Part shown: positions 9,489 to 20,884 of the stretch, piece by piece
Position numbering within the stretch: position 1 is the stretch's first letter
How the letters are laid out: each line of letters starts with the position of its first letter
Source: Wolbachia endosymbiont of Onchocerca ochengi
GTDB lineage: Bacteria > Pseudomonadota > Alphaproteobacteria > Rickettsiales > Anaplasmataceae
NCBI RefSeq assembly: GCF_000306885.1
Contig: NC_018267.1
Span: 780,001 to 812,000, forward strand
Direction of reading: 5' to 3'
DNA length: 32,000 bases
The notes under the pieces: model-generated
Told to the model about the DNA's origin: nothing
The model's database searches: none
What the model saw: the letters and a program-made list of their open reading frames with translations, nothing else
Made by a program: the position numbers and the translations under genes

Positions 9489-10709
9489 AAAGCTTTTTAT
9501 GTTACATTAGACCTTTTTTGAAACTTTGTCATTGTTGTAAGCTATAATCTAAATAGATCTACTTACAATTTAAAATAAGTATATATTTTATCGAAATATA
9601 TGCTAAACTGCCATGCTTTTTTCGTTGTCAAATGTGTGATTTTCTTTACAAGATTAGATACATGCTTTTTTAAGGCACTATGGCTTACTTTAGTGATGTT
9701 TTCTAAATTCTTAATTATAAGACGTACATGGTGTTTACCAAGTAAAATTGACATTTTAGCTGAAAGTAGCGGCAAACAGGAATTCAATGCTTTTTCATGT
9801 GCACCTTTTTTTAAAATGAGACTTCTGCTTTTGTAGTGACCTTTGAAAGAAGGTAAGCCGTATGCTAAAGTTACATCTGCATTCTCTTTAGAGACGTTAA
9901 GTACAATGCAAAGTTGAGTAATATCCCTTGTTACTTTTAGTTATTCTCTCGAGAAAACTGTAAGTCAAGTAGACATGCCCTAATACCTCTAAAGAGGTGG
10001 ATAGCTAAAAAAGTAACTGTAAAGATAACGATAATTAACAAAGGGTGTAATAATTCAAATTCTAATATTGCTAGCTGATTCAATAAATAAGTTCTTGCAT
10101 CTTTATCACTGTTTCAAAAATTATGCTTAAACTTTTTTCAGGTTTGTCAAATGCCTAAATATAATTAGGAGGTTTTTTATATTCTTTATTTCTCATATAA
10201 CTTTAATCTTTATATGAAAATTTATAAACCAGATATGAAATTGCTCTATAATTTTTCTGTAAATGGCATATTTCAAGATTTTGAAATACCTCTTTACATA
10301 AATGCGCATATCTAGAGCTATTTCTTGTTCGCCCCGAGAACGAAATGACTATGTATCAAGTTTAGATAGTAATTAATCAACTTCACGATCTAATAGTTTT
10401 GCTCCTTCAATGTGAATAAAAAAGGACAAATACTTCTAATTGTAGTAATTTTCTTGAGTACTTATACCTTCTCTTAAGGGCTTAATAATTACTAACAATT
10501 ACGATACCTCCTTAAACTGACCAATTTCAGTAGCTAATTTTAGCATTTCGGTATTACTATGATTTTTGAAATATTAGGCATATTTGCACTTTTGTCTAGC
10601 TATATTTAATTATAGCCTATTAGTAATAGTATAAAAACGTAGAGAGTGCACTTAAAGTTAATAGGTATAAAATATTATCTTATGATAAGATTATAAGAAA
10701 AACTAGGAC

Positions 10710-11708
10710 TTAACACCAGCCAATTTGCAGGATATGCTGAAAAATCATTCTATGATCTAAATCGTTTGTTTTACAGGTAATTTCCAAACTTATTAATTTC
10801 TCTATAAACTTCTTGAGTTCTAAAAGTTGGAAAATTTTTAGATGAGATTTAAAACTTCGTAATTGTTTAAAGAGTAACGGGGGATGCAGTTGGTTAATTG
10901 CAGCTTGTTCATTCATTCCACTTTGGATTAACAGTAAAACATTTTCAAGATGTAGGAAATAATTTGATATAATACGAATCAGTGCTATTGGTGAAAAATT
11001 TTCTTGTAATATTAATGTATCGGAAACTTTGATGAATTGTGCCATATCTCTGTTTGCTATAGCAGAGAATAGGTTATTGAGTGTAACATAACTATTGCTA
11101 GAAGTTGAAAGGCATAGTTCTATATCAGCAGGTTTAAGATCTTTTCTTTCTCCCAGATATAAAACTAATTTCTCAAGCTCTGAATATATAGGCAAATTAC
11201 TATACTTAAAGTAAGATTGCAAATGATAGATTATTTCAGTTGTATATTTTATGCCATTTCGTTTCAAATAATTTAGTATTATATCGCAAGGGTTACTATT
11301 GCTGTCCTTATAGCAAGCAATGACACCAAAATTTTTTGAGCTTTCCATATAACCTTTAGTTGTAGAGTTATACGGGAGATCGCTTGCTACCATTACTACA
11401 TAATGACCATTTGTATTATAATTCAACACATTCTTCAACTCTTTAGAGATTCCCCTATTTATATTTATCAGTTTAATTAATTTCTTGTTAGTAAACATCG
11501 AAATATTTACCAGCTCAGAAGATAATAAACCAGGTGATTTATCTACTATCGCAAAGTCCATTACCTGAACTGAATATTCATTTAAGCTAGCAATTACTTC
11601 TTGTGCAAAAAAATCTACTCTGTTATTATCGCTTCCATAAATTAATACACCACTTAAAGCATCAGGCTTCTCTAAGAACTTTTTAATCTTAGATGGTGTA
11701 ATCCTCAT
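10710..11708 (-). CDS. holA: DNA polymerase III delta subunit (HolA-like)
   Basis: 332-aa ORF; MRITPSKIKKFLEKPDALSGVLIYGSDNNRVDFFAQEVIA N-terminus and C-terminal region FSPIALIRIISNYFLHLENVL typical of divergent alphaproteobacterial HolA. Confidence 0.82.
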   Translation of the reverse strand: MRITPSKIKKFLEKPDALSGVLIYGSDNNRVDFFAQEVIASLNEYSVQVMDFAIVDKSPGLLSSELVNISMFTNKKLIKLININRGISKELKNVLNYNTNGHYVVMVASDLPYNSTTKGYMESSKNFGVIACYKDSNSNPCDIILNYLKRNGIKYTTEIIYHLQSYFKYSNLPIYSELEKLVLYLGERKDLKPADIELCLSTSSNSYVTLNNLFSAIANRDMAQFIKVSDTLILQENFSPIALIRIISNYFLHLENVLLLIQSGMNEQAAINQLHPPLLFKQLRSFKSHLKIFQLLELKKFIEKLISLEITCKTNDLDHRMIFQHILQIGWC

Positions 11709-12005
11709 ATCTTTTACATGATATCATTTTTGCTTAATTAAAAAATTGTTGTATAGCATCATATGCATTACTTGCTGTATTCTGCGTGTTATCTGATTAA
11801 TCTGTCTCTCTGAGAGTATATTTATAATAAAATTTTTTTATAAGGGTCAGGTATGTATTTAGAAAAAGTTCTCCTTCAGTCATATTACTTACTCATAAAT
11901 TAATAACTATAACCACATATATATAATAAGAATTATTTTACCATAAAGCAACTGGAATATACATCTAATAACCATTAGATAGATCATTGATAGCCTAAAA
12001 CGGAA

Positions 12006-12815
12006 TTAAGCCAATCTATTTGATATCAACCTTATAAAATAAGCAATAATTAAGTATGTAGCTGCTACAAGTATAATTGTAGGTCCTGTTAGTAAATCAA
12101 AACTTGCAGATAATATCAGGCCTGATATTCCAGAGATCACAGAGAAACCTGTTGCGGCAATAATCATCTGTACTGGAGTTTTTGAGATAAGCCTTGCAGA
12201 TGAGGCTGGTATCAATAAAAATGCAGCGATGAGTAATATTCCTATTAATTGAGCAGACACTGCTATAAATATAGCAAGAGTAATTAAGAATTCTAATCTA
12301 ACCAAACTCACGTTTACTTTCTCAACTATTGCTAAATCTTGATCGATTGAAATCATTAGCCAGTAGCGCCATCTAAATGCTAATATCAGAGTAACTACTA
12401 CTGAGATTAGAAAAATTAATACTATATCACTCTGTTCCAATGTTAATATATCGCCAAATAGGGAATTAATAATACTACTATTGCTAGATGGAAAAAAGGA
12501 CATCAATATTAAACTTGATGATAAAACTACATTAGTAACGATATTTAATATCGTATCAACAGAATATAATCTATTAAAATTAAGGGAAAGTAGTATTGCA
12601 AAAGCAATTGCTATAAGCATTATGCTAATTGATGGACTAATTCTAAAGATCAAAGCTAGTGCAATACCAAGTAACGAAGAATGTGATAAGCTATCACCTA
12701 AATATGATAATCTTTGCCATATCATAAATGATCCTAATATACCTGTCACCAAGCTAATTATAAGTATTGCAATCAGGCTATTAATAAAGAAGCCTTGCAT
12801 AAATATTTCAAACAT
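12006..12815 (-). CDS. znuB: Zinc/manganese ABC-3 family transporter permease
   Basis: 269-aa hydrophobic ORF; FMIWQRLSYLGDSLSHSSLLGIALAL and LLIAAFLLIPASSARLISKTP motifs of the ZnuB/ABC-3 family. Confidence 0.88.
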   Translation of the reverse strand: MFEIFMQGFFINSLIAILIISLVTGILGSFMIWQRLSYLGDSLSHSSLLGIALALIFRISPSISIMLIAIAFAILLSLNFNRLYSVDTILNIVTNVVLSSSLILMSFFPSSNSSIINSLFGDILTLEQSDIVLIFLISVVVTLILAFRWRYWLMISIDQDLAIVEKVNVSLVRLEFLITLAIFIAVSAQLIGILLIAAFLLIPASSARLISKTPVQMIIAATGFSVISGISGLILSASFDLLTGPTIILVAATYLIIAYFIRLISNRLA

Positions 12816-12816
12816 A

Positions 12817-13182
12817 CTACATTACTTTTAGGTAAGTAACAACAAATCTGTTTTCAGATATCAGGACATTATGTGTTCTACATGCTGCATCAGTTGTCAT
12901 AAACTCAAAGTTCAAGCCCTTTTGTTCTGTAAGGTAAGACTTTACTGAAACATTTGTTGTCTTACGTGTTATACCAGTGCCTACTAATAAAATTTCTATT
13001 TCCTCTGTTAAAAAAGACATAAAATGTTCCTTACTATTTATATTACTTTCTTTAAGTTCAATCACTTTTTCAGGGAAAACTATAACCGAGCTACAATATT
13101 CTTGATTCTTTACCAAGAATTTTCCTATCTCGTAACTATATATAAAGTTTTTACTTTGAGGAATTAAAGGGATTATATTCAT
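12817..13182 (-). CDS. Mth938-like domain-containing (DUF498) protein
   Basis: 121-aa ORF; LLVGTGITRK.TN, GLNFEFMTTDAACRTHNVLISENRFVV motif of Mth938-like/NDUFAF3-like proteins. Confidence 0.8.
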   Translation of the reverse strand: MNIIPLIPQSKNFIYSYEIGKFLVKNQEYCSSVIVFPEKVIELKESNINSKEHFMSFLTEEIEILLVGTGITRKTTNVSVKSYLTEQKGLNFEFMTTDAACRTHNVLISENRFVVTYLKVM

Positions 13183-13185
13183 AAA

Positions 13186-14052
13186 TTAAACTATTAACTG
13201 GGTGCCACATACCCACCATTCTGGCTGCTTTTCTCTGATATTTGCTACAGCAGCTTTTGCATTTTTTTCACTATCAAACACTCCAAAACATGCTACACCA
13301 CTACCTGACATGCGAGATAGTACAGAACCTTTTTGAGACTCTAATGCTAATATCACATCCTTAATTTCAGGTACAAGACTTACCGCTATTTCTTGAAGAT
13401 CATTTCTAGTTTCTTTAAGGAGTCTTAATATATCCTTTCCAAGGTCATCGCTCCATTCAATTGGTTTAGAAAAATTTCCTTTATATTTTGAAAATACTTC
13501 TGGTGTGCTCAAAAACTTTTTTTTTGGTTTCACAAGTACTACACTTCTGGGCAAAGAAAATTTTTTTATGGGATATAACTCTTCACCAATACCTCTAACC
13601 AAAACTGGCTTACTATCTATGCTTGCAGGAACGTCAGCACCAATGCTTACAGCTATTTCGTTTAAGATTGATCTGTCAATTCGCCATAACTTTCCTAGTG
13701 TACGTATTACAGCTCCAGCATCTGAGGAACCGCTACCTAAACCTGCAGCAGTTGGCACATTTTTTACAACTTTTATAACGACTTTAGTACGTACAGGAGC
13801 ATATCTGAGCAGTAAATTAATTGCTTTCATTACGGTGTTGTACCTGTTACTTATTTTGAGTTCAGAATTTATGAATTCGACTATAGAGTTATCGTATCTG
13901 GATTCCTTTTCACCTACCTTTATTTCTAAGAAATTTGAAAGATTAGCAAAAACAAGTAAGCCTTCAACTAAATGATATCCTATTTCTTTTTTTTCCATAA
14001 CATGTAAAAAAAGATTAATCTTTGCAGGAGCCTTTACACAAAAACTTTTCAT
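13186..14052 (-). CDS. ispE: 4-diphosphocytidyl-2-C-methyl-D-erythritol kinase
   Basis: 288-aa ORF; KAPAKINLFLHVMEKKEIGYHLVEGL and GHMP-kinase motif VPTAAGLGSGSSDAGAVIRTL, GADVPAS, SRMSGSGVACFGVF. Confidence 0.95.
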   Translation of the reverse strand: MKSFCVKAPAKINLFLHVMEKKEIGYHLVEGLLVFANLSNFLEIKVGEKESRYDNSIVEFINSELKISNRYNTVMKAINLLLRYAPVRTKVVIKVVKNVPTAAGLGSGSSDAGAVIRTLGKLWRIDRSILNEIAVSIGADVPASIDSKPVLVRGIGEELYPIKKFSLPRSVVLVKPKKKFLSTPEVFSKYKGNFSKPIEWSDDLGKDILRLLKETRNDLQEIAVSLVPEIKDVILALESQKGSVLSRMSGSGVACFGVFDSEKNAKAAVANIREKQPEWWVCGTQLIV

Positions 14053-14133
14053 TTATATATCTTTTCACTAACACTACTTTTACAGTATATTTTACAATGC
14101 CATTTTAGTCAAATTTTATACAATTTTGCTCTT

Positions 14134-17100
14134 TTGATGAGATTGAATATCATAAATCCTAATTTTTCTGTATGGATAAATGCATCTGCTGGTACAGGCA
14201 AAACAAAAATCTTAATAGATAGAGTATTAAGACTTTTATTAGAAAATAAGAGAAATATTCTTTGCTTAACACTTACTAATGCTGCAGCGAATGAAATGGC
14301 GAACCGCATTCACACTATACTCAGTAAATGGGCAATGTGCTCAAATAGCGAATTAATTACACATTTGGAACAACTAGGTCTTTCCTTATTGCTACCTAAG
14401 TGTCACCACTCACCATCCCACTCTTTGATGTTATCCCAGTATTCAACACTAAGATCTAAAAAAAGTGAAGTACTTAATCGTTATGTAATTCAAGCAAGAA
14501 AGCTTTTTTCTGAATTGGAAAATCTGGGCTTAACTATACAGACCATACATGCTTTTTGTTACAAATTGATCTCTAGCTCTCCTATGGAGGCTGGTATCGC
14601 TCCAAATTATATGCTGAGTGAGTGCAAAGAATTACATTCCATAGTGTTTGAAAAAACACTTCACAATGAGGCCGTGCAAGATAGTATAAACTCTATTGCA
14701 GTGGAAATTGATGAGAATAGACTACGTGATTTGCTTTACACTTTATGTGTAAGAAGGCCATTGTTATCAACTGATTTGGAATATATCAAAGGTAAGCTGA
14801 ACGTTCTAGATGAAATTCATGATTCAAGGAATGAGATAATTGAGTATGTAAAAAGATTGGTCGAAATATTAAGTAAGGGCAGTAAAAGAGATCGAAGTTA
14901 TAGTGTGATACTTTCTAATTGGTGTAACGGCATAAAACTATCTACTATTCAAGTAGCTGACACTGAGATACAGAAAAAAAGTATAGATTTCGGAGTTATA
15001 CACTGGGATGATTGTAAAATAGAAAACCTAGCTAAGATTTTTTTAAAATCAGAGTCGTATGAAAAAAAAAGTATATCATCTATAATAACAAAGGGTACCT
15101 CAGAGAAATTCAGAGATGCAGAATGGATAGTAGAGAATATTCAGAATATAGTATTCACTTATATAAGTAATGTTAACTCTTACAAAATATTCAAGAGAAC
15201 TAGCAACTTACTCAACATATTTAAAGTATACACTAACTTGTATAACAGTGAAAAAGCAAAAAATGCATTGCTCGACTACAATGATATAATTGATTTAGCA
15301 ACAAACCTTCTGAGCGATCCAGAGTATAAAAATTGGGCATTGTTTAGCCTAGATCAAAAAATAGATCACATTCTTGTTGATGAAGCGCAAGATAATAGTA
15401 TTGGTCAATGGGAAATTATAACAAATCTCTGTGATGAATTTTTTACTGGTGGTAAGGAAAAACGAACCTTATTTGTTGTTGGCGACATAAAACAATCTAT
15501 TTATAGATTTCAAGGAGCAAATCCTCATCTGTTCAACTATATGCAACAATACTTCCATGCAAAAACTGGTGACAGAGACTGGATATCATGCCAACTTAAA
15601 AAATCATTTCGCTCAGCTCCAGAAATTTTAGTCTTTGTAGATAGAATATTTAACAACTTTCGTGAGGAGGTATCTTTTATTAATAGTGAAATAAAACATA
15701 TTCCGCATAGAAAAAATGATCAAGGGTACATTGAAATTTGGCCGTTATTACCAAGATGTAAGGAGGAAGAACAACAGGCCTTACAAATCCACTTAACAGA
15801 TAAGAAAGATCATGTGATATCAGACCGACTACTTGCTCAAACAATAGCTTATAAAATTCATAATTGGTTAAGCAGAAGGCGGATTTTAGTTGCTAAAGAT
15901 CGCCATATAGAACCAAGAGACATTATGATCCTAGTTCGACAAAGAAATGTGTTAGTTGATTATATAATAAATGAGCTTAGAAAAGTAAACGTGCCGGTTG
16001 TAGGACGGGACTATTTTAGGATTATGGACTACATAGTTGTGCAGGATTTAGTAGCTTTAGCTGAATTTTTACTTCTTCCTACAAATGATTTGGCTCTTGC
16101 AAATGTTTTAAAATCACCGCTATTTGACTTTACTGAAGATGATTTATTTAATATTGCATATAATCGCAAAGGACAGTCGTTATGGGAAAGACTTCGTGAT
16201 TATTGCGGGGTTATCTATAGCGAATTAAGTTATCTAATCAATTTATCTCGTACAGAATCGCCTCTTACGTTGTTTACGCATGTAATGCGTACAGGTAAGA
16301 AAAAATTTGCTGCAAGGCTTGGTCTCGAGTACTTTGAGGTTCTGGACGAGTTCATAAACCTTGTGTTACAATTTGAAAACCCGTCTCTTCAAGCATTTAT
16401 TCAGTGGATTAAGGAGAATAACCCGGAAATTAAAAATGATATGCAATCAAAGCGCAATGCTGTGCGAATAATGACAATCCACAAGTCAAAAGGTCTCCAG
16501 GCTCCTATAGTGTTCTTGGTTGATACAAACACAATACCAAGAAATAATGAAAATATTATTTTCGATGCAATGGAAGCACCATTTTGGTGTGGAAAGAATA
16601 GCAACGTTTATTGCGATCGAGTAAAGAGAGAGAGGAGAGTGGAAGACTATGATGAATATCTGCGTTTGCTATATGTAGCACTTACACGTGCTGAAGATGA
16701 ATTATATATTTTAGGTAAAGAGCCAGTGCAAAAAGGTTCTTGGTATGATCTGATTACTAAGCGTCAAGAGTTATATGAAAAGAAACAAGCTTGGTTACAG
16801 CCGATATTTAAAAAAAAAATTGAAGTATTATGCATAAATGCAAACTATCCTTACGCTTATAAAAAACTAGATTATTTTGATGACTCAGTGATTTCGCTTC
16901 CGTCAACACTGGCGATATCATTTCAAGAATCTAGAAAAAAAGAAGGAGAATTAGTGTCAACTATTTACTCTCCTTCCCTGTTTCAGGGTGTGACACTGGA
17001 ATCCAAAGAAAAAGAAGCTCGGATCCCAGTGGTAGCTACTTGGAATGATAGAGGAAAGAGCATTGGGATGACAGACGGTTGTACAAGAGGCTTAATAATT

Positions 17101-17517
17101 CACAGTATGTTGCAGTATATGCCTAAGATAGAGAAAGATAGAAGAAAGAATTGGATTAAGAAGTACCTTGATAATATAAGCACTAGAGAAAAAAAAGATG
17201 AGATCTACAGTAAAATATTAGCCTTTAATAAAAAATATGATTACCTATTTGACTTAGAAGGTAAATCGGAGATTATGCTGAGTGGAATGATCGATGGTGA
17301 ACCAGTACTAGCACGATTGGATAGGTTGTGCATAACGCAGGATAAAGCAATCATAATTGATTACAAATTACACCGTAACATTTCTGCTTCTTCATTAAAT
17401 GAAATAAAAAAGCAAATGTTGACCTACAAAACCCTAGTACAAGAGGTATATCCGAATAAGCAAATAGAGTGTATGGTTATTTGGATAGAAGATTTAACCC
17501 TGCAATCTGATTTTTGA
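14134..17517 (+). CDS. addA: Double-strand break repair helicase-nuclease AddA (UvrD/Rep family)
   Basis: 1127-aa intact ORF; Walker A ASAGTGKTKILIDRVLRLLL, ILVDEAQDNS, GDIKQSIYRFQGA, RIMTIHKSKGLQAPIVFLVD, YVALTRAEDELYI, and RecB-type nuclease motifs GLIIHSML / ARLDRLCITQDKAIIIDYKLHR. Confidence 0.92.
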   Translation: MMRLNIINPNFSVWINASAGTGKTKILIDRVLRLLLENKRNILCLTLTNAAANEMANRIHTILSKWAMCSNSELITHLEQLGLSLLLPKCHHSPSHSLMLSQYSTLRSKKSEVLNRYVIQARKLFSELENLGLTIQTIHAFCYKLISSSPMEAGIAPNYMLSECKELHSIVFEKTLHNEAVQDSINSIAVEIDENRLRDLLYTLCVRRPLLSTDLEYIKGKLNVLDEIHDSRNEIIEYVKRLVEILSKGSKRDRSYSVILSNWCNGIKLSTIQVADTEIQKKSIDFGVIHWDDCKIENLAKIFLKSESYEKKSISSIITKGTSEKFRDAEWIVENIQNIVFTYISNVNSYKIFKRTSNLLNIFKVYTNLYNSEKAKNALLDYNDIIDLATNLLSDPEYKNWALFSLDQKIDHILVDEAQDNSIGQWEIITNLCDEFFTGGKEKRTLFVVGDIKQSIYRFQGANPHLFNYMQQYFHAKTGDRDWISCQLKKSFRSAPEILVFVDRIFNNFREEVSFINSEIKHIPHRKNDQGYIEIWPLLPRCKEEEQQALQIHLTDKKDHVISDRLLAQTIAYKIHNWLSRRRILVAKDRHIEPRDIMILVRQRNVLVDYIINELRKVNVPVVGRDYFRIMDYIVVQDLVALAEFLLLPTNDLALANVLKSPLFDFTEDDLFNIAYNRKGQSLWERLRDYCGVIYSELSYLINLSRTESPLTLFTHVMRTGKKKFAARLGLEYFEVLDEFINLVLQFENPSLQAFIQWIKENNPEIKNDMQSKRNAVRIMTIHKSKGLQAPIVFLVDTNTIPRNNENIIFDAMEAPFWCGKNSNVYCDRVKRERRVEDYDEYLRLLYVALTRAEDELYILGKEPVQKGSWYDLITKRQELYEKKQAWLQPIFKKKIEVLCINANYPYAYKKLDYFDDSVISLPSTLAISFQESRKKEGELVSTIYSPSLFQGVTLESKEKEARIPVVATWNDRGKSIGMTDGCTRGLIIHSMLQYMPKIEKDRRKNWIKKYLDNISTREKKDEIYSKILAFNKKYDYLFDLEGKSEIMLSGMIDGEPVLARLDRLCITQDKAIIIDYKLHRNISASSLNEIKKQMLTYKTLVQEVYPNKQIECMVIWIEDLTLQSDF

Positions 17518-18415
17518 TGAAACTTGAAATGCTATTTACCAATTAATATACATGCATTTCCTTTTTTTGAGAGTTTATAGTATCAAGCTTAAGGTTGTTA
17601 TCCTCTATGTTATACTAAATATAATATATAATCTTATAAAAGGGGTGTATAAAAATGGCTTTTTTTAATTAAACGTTCTTTTAGACACAAAATAAATCAA
17701 AAAGAAGGACTGTATAAAAATACATTTATAGATATGTTGACATTTGAACACTATATAATAATAGCACAAGGACATTTAGCTAATCAAAAGAGTGCACATT
17801 TTATAATCTATTTACACAAGATAAATAGTTTAACGTATTGTATTAGTGTTTTGAAGGTCTTTCATTATTAGACAATACTTTTTACTTATGTGTAAGGTAA
17901 CACGAAAATTTTTTTACTTAGGCTTTCTATACTTAATACTTACTTTAAATAATTAAGTAATTTTTCCAGTTATTGATCATAGGTAGGTTTTTTATTTTCT
18001 TTCTTATAAAACGAGCGAAGGCTTATTTCGAACAAAAGATGATAGAGGTATAGACGTATTGTTGACTATTAGGATTTTATAGTTCTTTCTAGAATTAGCA
18101 TTAAAAATTTTATTTAAATTACTAAAATTTTTTATAATGCTCTTTTCTGTATGCTGAATACAAAATATGCTTTAGAACTGTATAATCAAGCAGTAATTGT
18201 TCATCATCTAGGTTAATTTTCTCTCTTAGGAGTTTTCTATATTATCTTTTGTAATTTTTCACTATTAATAAATTATTTGCTATATATCTTTTACAATAAT
18301 AAATAAGATTATTGAATAAAATAATAAATAAGTTTCTTTGTTATTTTAAGATATCGATAAAAACTTGACTTATGTACTTTACATTCCTAGAATCTTTGTT
18401 TTAGTCTTACTCATA

Positions 18416-18736
18416 ATGTCAATAACAGTATTAAGTATACTACAAATAATATTGGTTGTCATTTTAGCAACCTTAGTGCTTTCGCGTCCTCCTGGGAGTA
18501 GTTCATTAAGTGGTTTTAATAACTCACAACATGGACTCAATTTAATGGTTTCAGTGAAACATTCAGCAAGTCTGCTTAGCAAAATAACGGCTATAGTTGT
18601 TGGGCTATTTATAGCAAACACATTATTATTGTCAGGATTGTGTTCAAAAAATGTACACAAAAAGTCGATTGTAGAGAAAATTATATCGGAAAAGAAACAA
18701 GAAAATGAATCTACTTCCGTTCCTTTTGAAGATTAA
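18416..18736 (+). CDS. secG: Preprotein translocase subunit SecG
   Basis: ORF 18365-18736; more likely start ATG 18416 ([33 protein letters not shown]). Two TM helices with the FLAKATAIL-like [18 protein letters not shown] segment. Confidence 0.82.
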   Translation: MSITVLSILQIILVVILATLVLSRPPGSSSLSGFNNSQHGLNLMVSVKHSASLLSKITAIVVGLFIANTLLLSGLCSKNVHKKSIVEKIISEKKQENESTSVPFED

Positions 18737-20370
18737 TGAAAGAAGCTAAATTTATCTTTGTAACAGGTGGGGTTGTTTCATCCATTGGCAAGGGTTTAGT
18801 CTCTTCAAGTATAGGTGCGCTTCTTCAAGCTTATGGTTTTAAGGTATGTATTAGAAAGCTTGATCCATATTTGAATATTGATCCTGGAACAATGAGTCCA
18901 ACTCAGCATGGGGAGGTGTTCGTTACCGAAGATGGTGCTGAAACTGATTTAGATCTTGGGCATTATGAACGTTTTACTGGAATTAAAGCAACTAAAGACG
19001 ACAATATAACAACTGGTAAAGTATATCACGAGTTGCTGAAGAAAGAGAGGCGTGGTGATTATTTAGGTAAAACTGTACAAGTTATTCCTCATGTAATAGA
19101 TTTGATTAAATCATTTATTTTTAATGGTACGGAGGACTTAGATTTTGTAATATGTGAAATAGGTGGAACTGTAGGCGATATTGAAAGCCAACCGTTTTTA
19201 GAAGCCATACGTCAAACCAGTTATAAGTTTGGAAAACAAAGAGTTATCCTTATTCACCTAACCTTAGTACCATATCTAACTGCAGCGCAAGAACTAAAGA
19301 CAAAACCAACACAGCATTCAGTTCGAGAGTTAAATTTTGCTGGGTTACAACCAGATATTATATTATGTCGTAGTGAGAAGAAAACCTCTGATGATCAAAA
19401 AAGAAAAATAGCTAACCTTTGTAATGTCTCATTATCTAATGTAATATCTGCTCCTGACGTGAATCATATATATGAGTTGCCGGTCTTATATAATCAATCT
19501 GGGCTTGGTACACAAATTCTAGAACACTTTCATTTAAGTAAACCACAACCAAGCTTAACTGAATGGGATCAAATAGTACTTTCTATAAGAAACTCAACAC
19601 AAGAAGTCACTGTATCTATAGTAGGAAAATACACTGAATTCCCTGACGCATATAAATCATTGGTTGAAGCATTGAATCATGGTGCAATTAGTAACAAAGT
19701 CAAAGTAAAGATAAATTGGGTTAACTCGAGGGAAAAAAGTAAAGAACCTATTGATGAAAAATTTATAGGAGAAAAGCTACAAAATTCTCATTCAATCCTT
19801 GTGCCAGGAGGGTTTGGTGACGATGGAGTAGAGGGTAAAATATCAGCAATAAGTTACGCCCGTAGGCATAATATCCCATTTTTTGGAATATGTCTTGGTA
19901 TGCAGCTTGCAGTTATTGAATTTGCTCGCAATGTCATTAAGCTTGAGGATGTACACTCTGAAGAATTTTGTACCTGTAAGCACCCAATTATTAAGCTAGC
20001 TGGTGATAAGGGCGTTGATATTGGTGGAACTATGAGACTTGGAGCGTATAAATGTAATATAAGAGCAAATTCTAAAATGGCAGATGTATATGGTAATACC
20101 ACTATCTCCGAAAGGCATAGGCACAGATATATAGTTAATTTGGATTATAAAGATGATTTAGAAAAAAATGGGCTAACATGCAGCTGTATATCAGAAGATG
20201 GAACATGCATAGAAGCAGTAGTGTTAGATAATCACCCATGGTTTACTGGTGTACAATTCCACCCAGAATTTCAATCAAAGCCTTTTTCTCCTCACCCTCT
20301 TTTTGTATCCTTTATTAAAGCAGCAGTCAATAAAATTAAAAGAAAGAAGACTAAAAGAGAAAATGTTTAA
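18736..20370 (+). CDS. pyrG: CTP synthase
   Basis: 544-aa ORF; [71 protein letters not shown], and class I glutamine amidotransferase [31 protein letters not shown]. Confidence 0.98.
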   Translation: MKEAKFIFVTGGVVSSIGKGLVSSSIGALLQAYGFKVCIRKLDPYLNIDPGTMSPTQHGEVFVTEDGAETDLDLGHYERFTGIKATKDDNITTGKVYHELLKKERRGDYLGKTVQVIPHVIDLIKSFIFNGTEDLDFVICEIGGTVGDIESQPFLEAIRQTSYKFGKQRVILIHLTLVPYLTAAQELKTKPTQHSVRELNFAGLQPDIILCRSEKKTSDDQKRKIANLCNVSLSNVISAPDVNHIYELPVLYNQSGLGTQILEHFHLSKPQPSLTEWDQIVLSIRNSTQEVTVSIVGKYTEFPDAYKSLVEALNHGAISNKVKVKINWVNSREKSKEPIDEKFIGEKLQNSHSILVPGGFGDDGVEGKISAISYARRHNIPFFGICLGMQLAVIEFARNVIKLEDVHSEEFCTCKHPIIKLAGDKGVDIGGTMRLGAYKCNIRANSKMADVYGNTTISERHRHRYIVNLDYKDDLEKNGLTCSCISEDGTCIEAVVLDNHPWFTGVQFHPEFQSKPFSPHPLFVSFIKAAVNKIKRKKTKRENV

Positions 20371-20797
20371 ATATCGATACATGGAGCTTGCCGTAGAGCA
20401 AGCAAAAATTGCTCAGAAAAATGACGAAATTCCTATAGGAGCTGTAATAGTCAGTGGAAACAATATAGTTTCTTTTGCACACAATATATACAATGATCCA
20501 ACTGCGCATGCAGAAATGTTAGCAATCAGACAAGCATGTAAATTGCTTTCAACACCAATACTTTGTGATGTCGATATGTATGTGACATTGGAACCGTGTC
20601 CGATGTGTGCTCAAGCCATCTCTTTTGCAAGAGTTAGAAGGGTATACTTTGGAGCTTATAATCCTAAAGGTGGAGGAATTGAGAATGGTGCTAAAATATT
20701 TCAATTTTGCAGCCATGTACCTGAAGTTTACGGTGGGATATTAGAAACAGAATGCTCTTTTTTGTTAAGGGATTTTTTTGAAAAGTTAAGGACTTAG
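20363..20797 (+). CDS. tadA: tRNA-specific adenosine deaminase / nucleoside deaminase
   Basis: ORF 20249-20797 with likely start [14 protein letters not shown] (20363). Zinc motif [16 protein letters not shown], ...[24 protein letters not shown]. Confidence 0.92.
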   Translation: MFKYRYMELAVEQAKIAQKNDEIPIGAVIVSGNNIVSFAHNIYNDPTAHAEMLAIRQACKLLSTPILCDVDMYVTLEPCPMCAQAISFARVRRVYFGAYNPKGGGIENGAKIFQFCSHVPEVYGGILETECSFLLRDFFEKLRT

Positions 20798-20884
20798 TTT
20801 AGGTTACCAATTAACATTAAATTTTTCTGTCACTTCAACACACTGGTTAAAATCAATTGATGAGTGTTCTCAATTTTATAATTT

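Noticed and set aside
9563-9787. 74-aa minus-strand ORF as a real gene
   Set aside because: No recognisable domain or supported start. It looks like part of a longer decayed frame and is kept only as a finding.
12481-12831. 116-aa plus-strand ORF
   Set aside because: Fully antisense to the well-supported znuB gene and without its own domain.
13505-13975. 156-aa plus-strand ORF
   Set aside because: Antisense to ispE; a shadow ORF of that coding sequence.
14134-17517. Large UvrD-like helicase plus nuclease as a possible defence system
   Set aside because: Motif order and length fit the housekeeping AddA subunit, and no adjacent defence-type partner genes are present.
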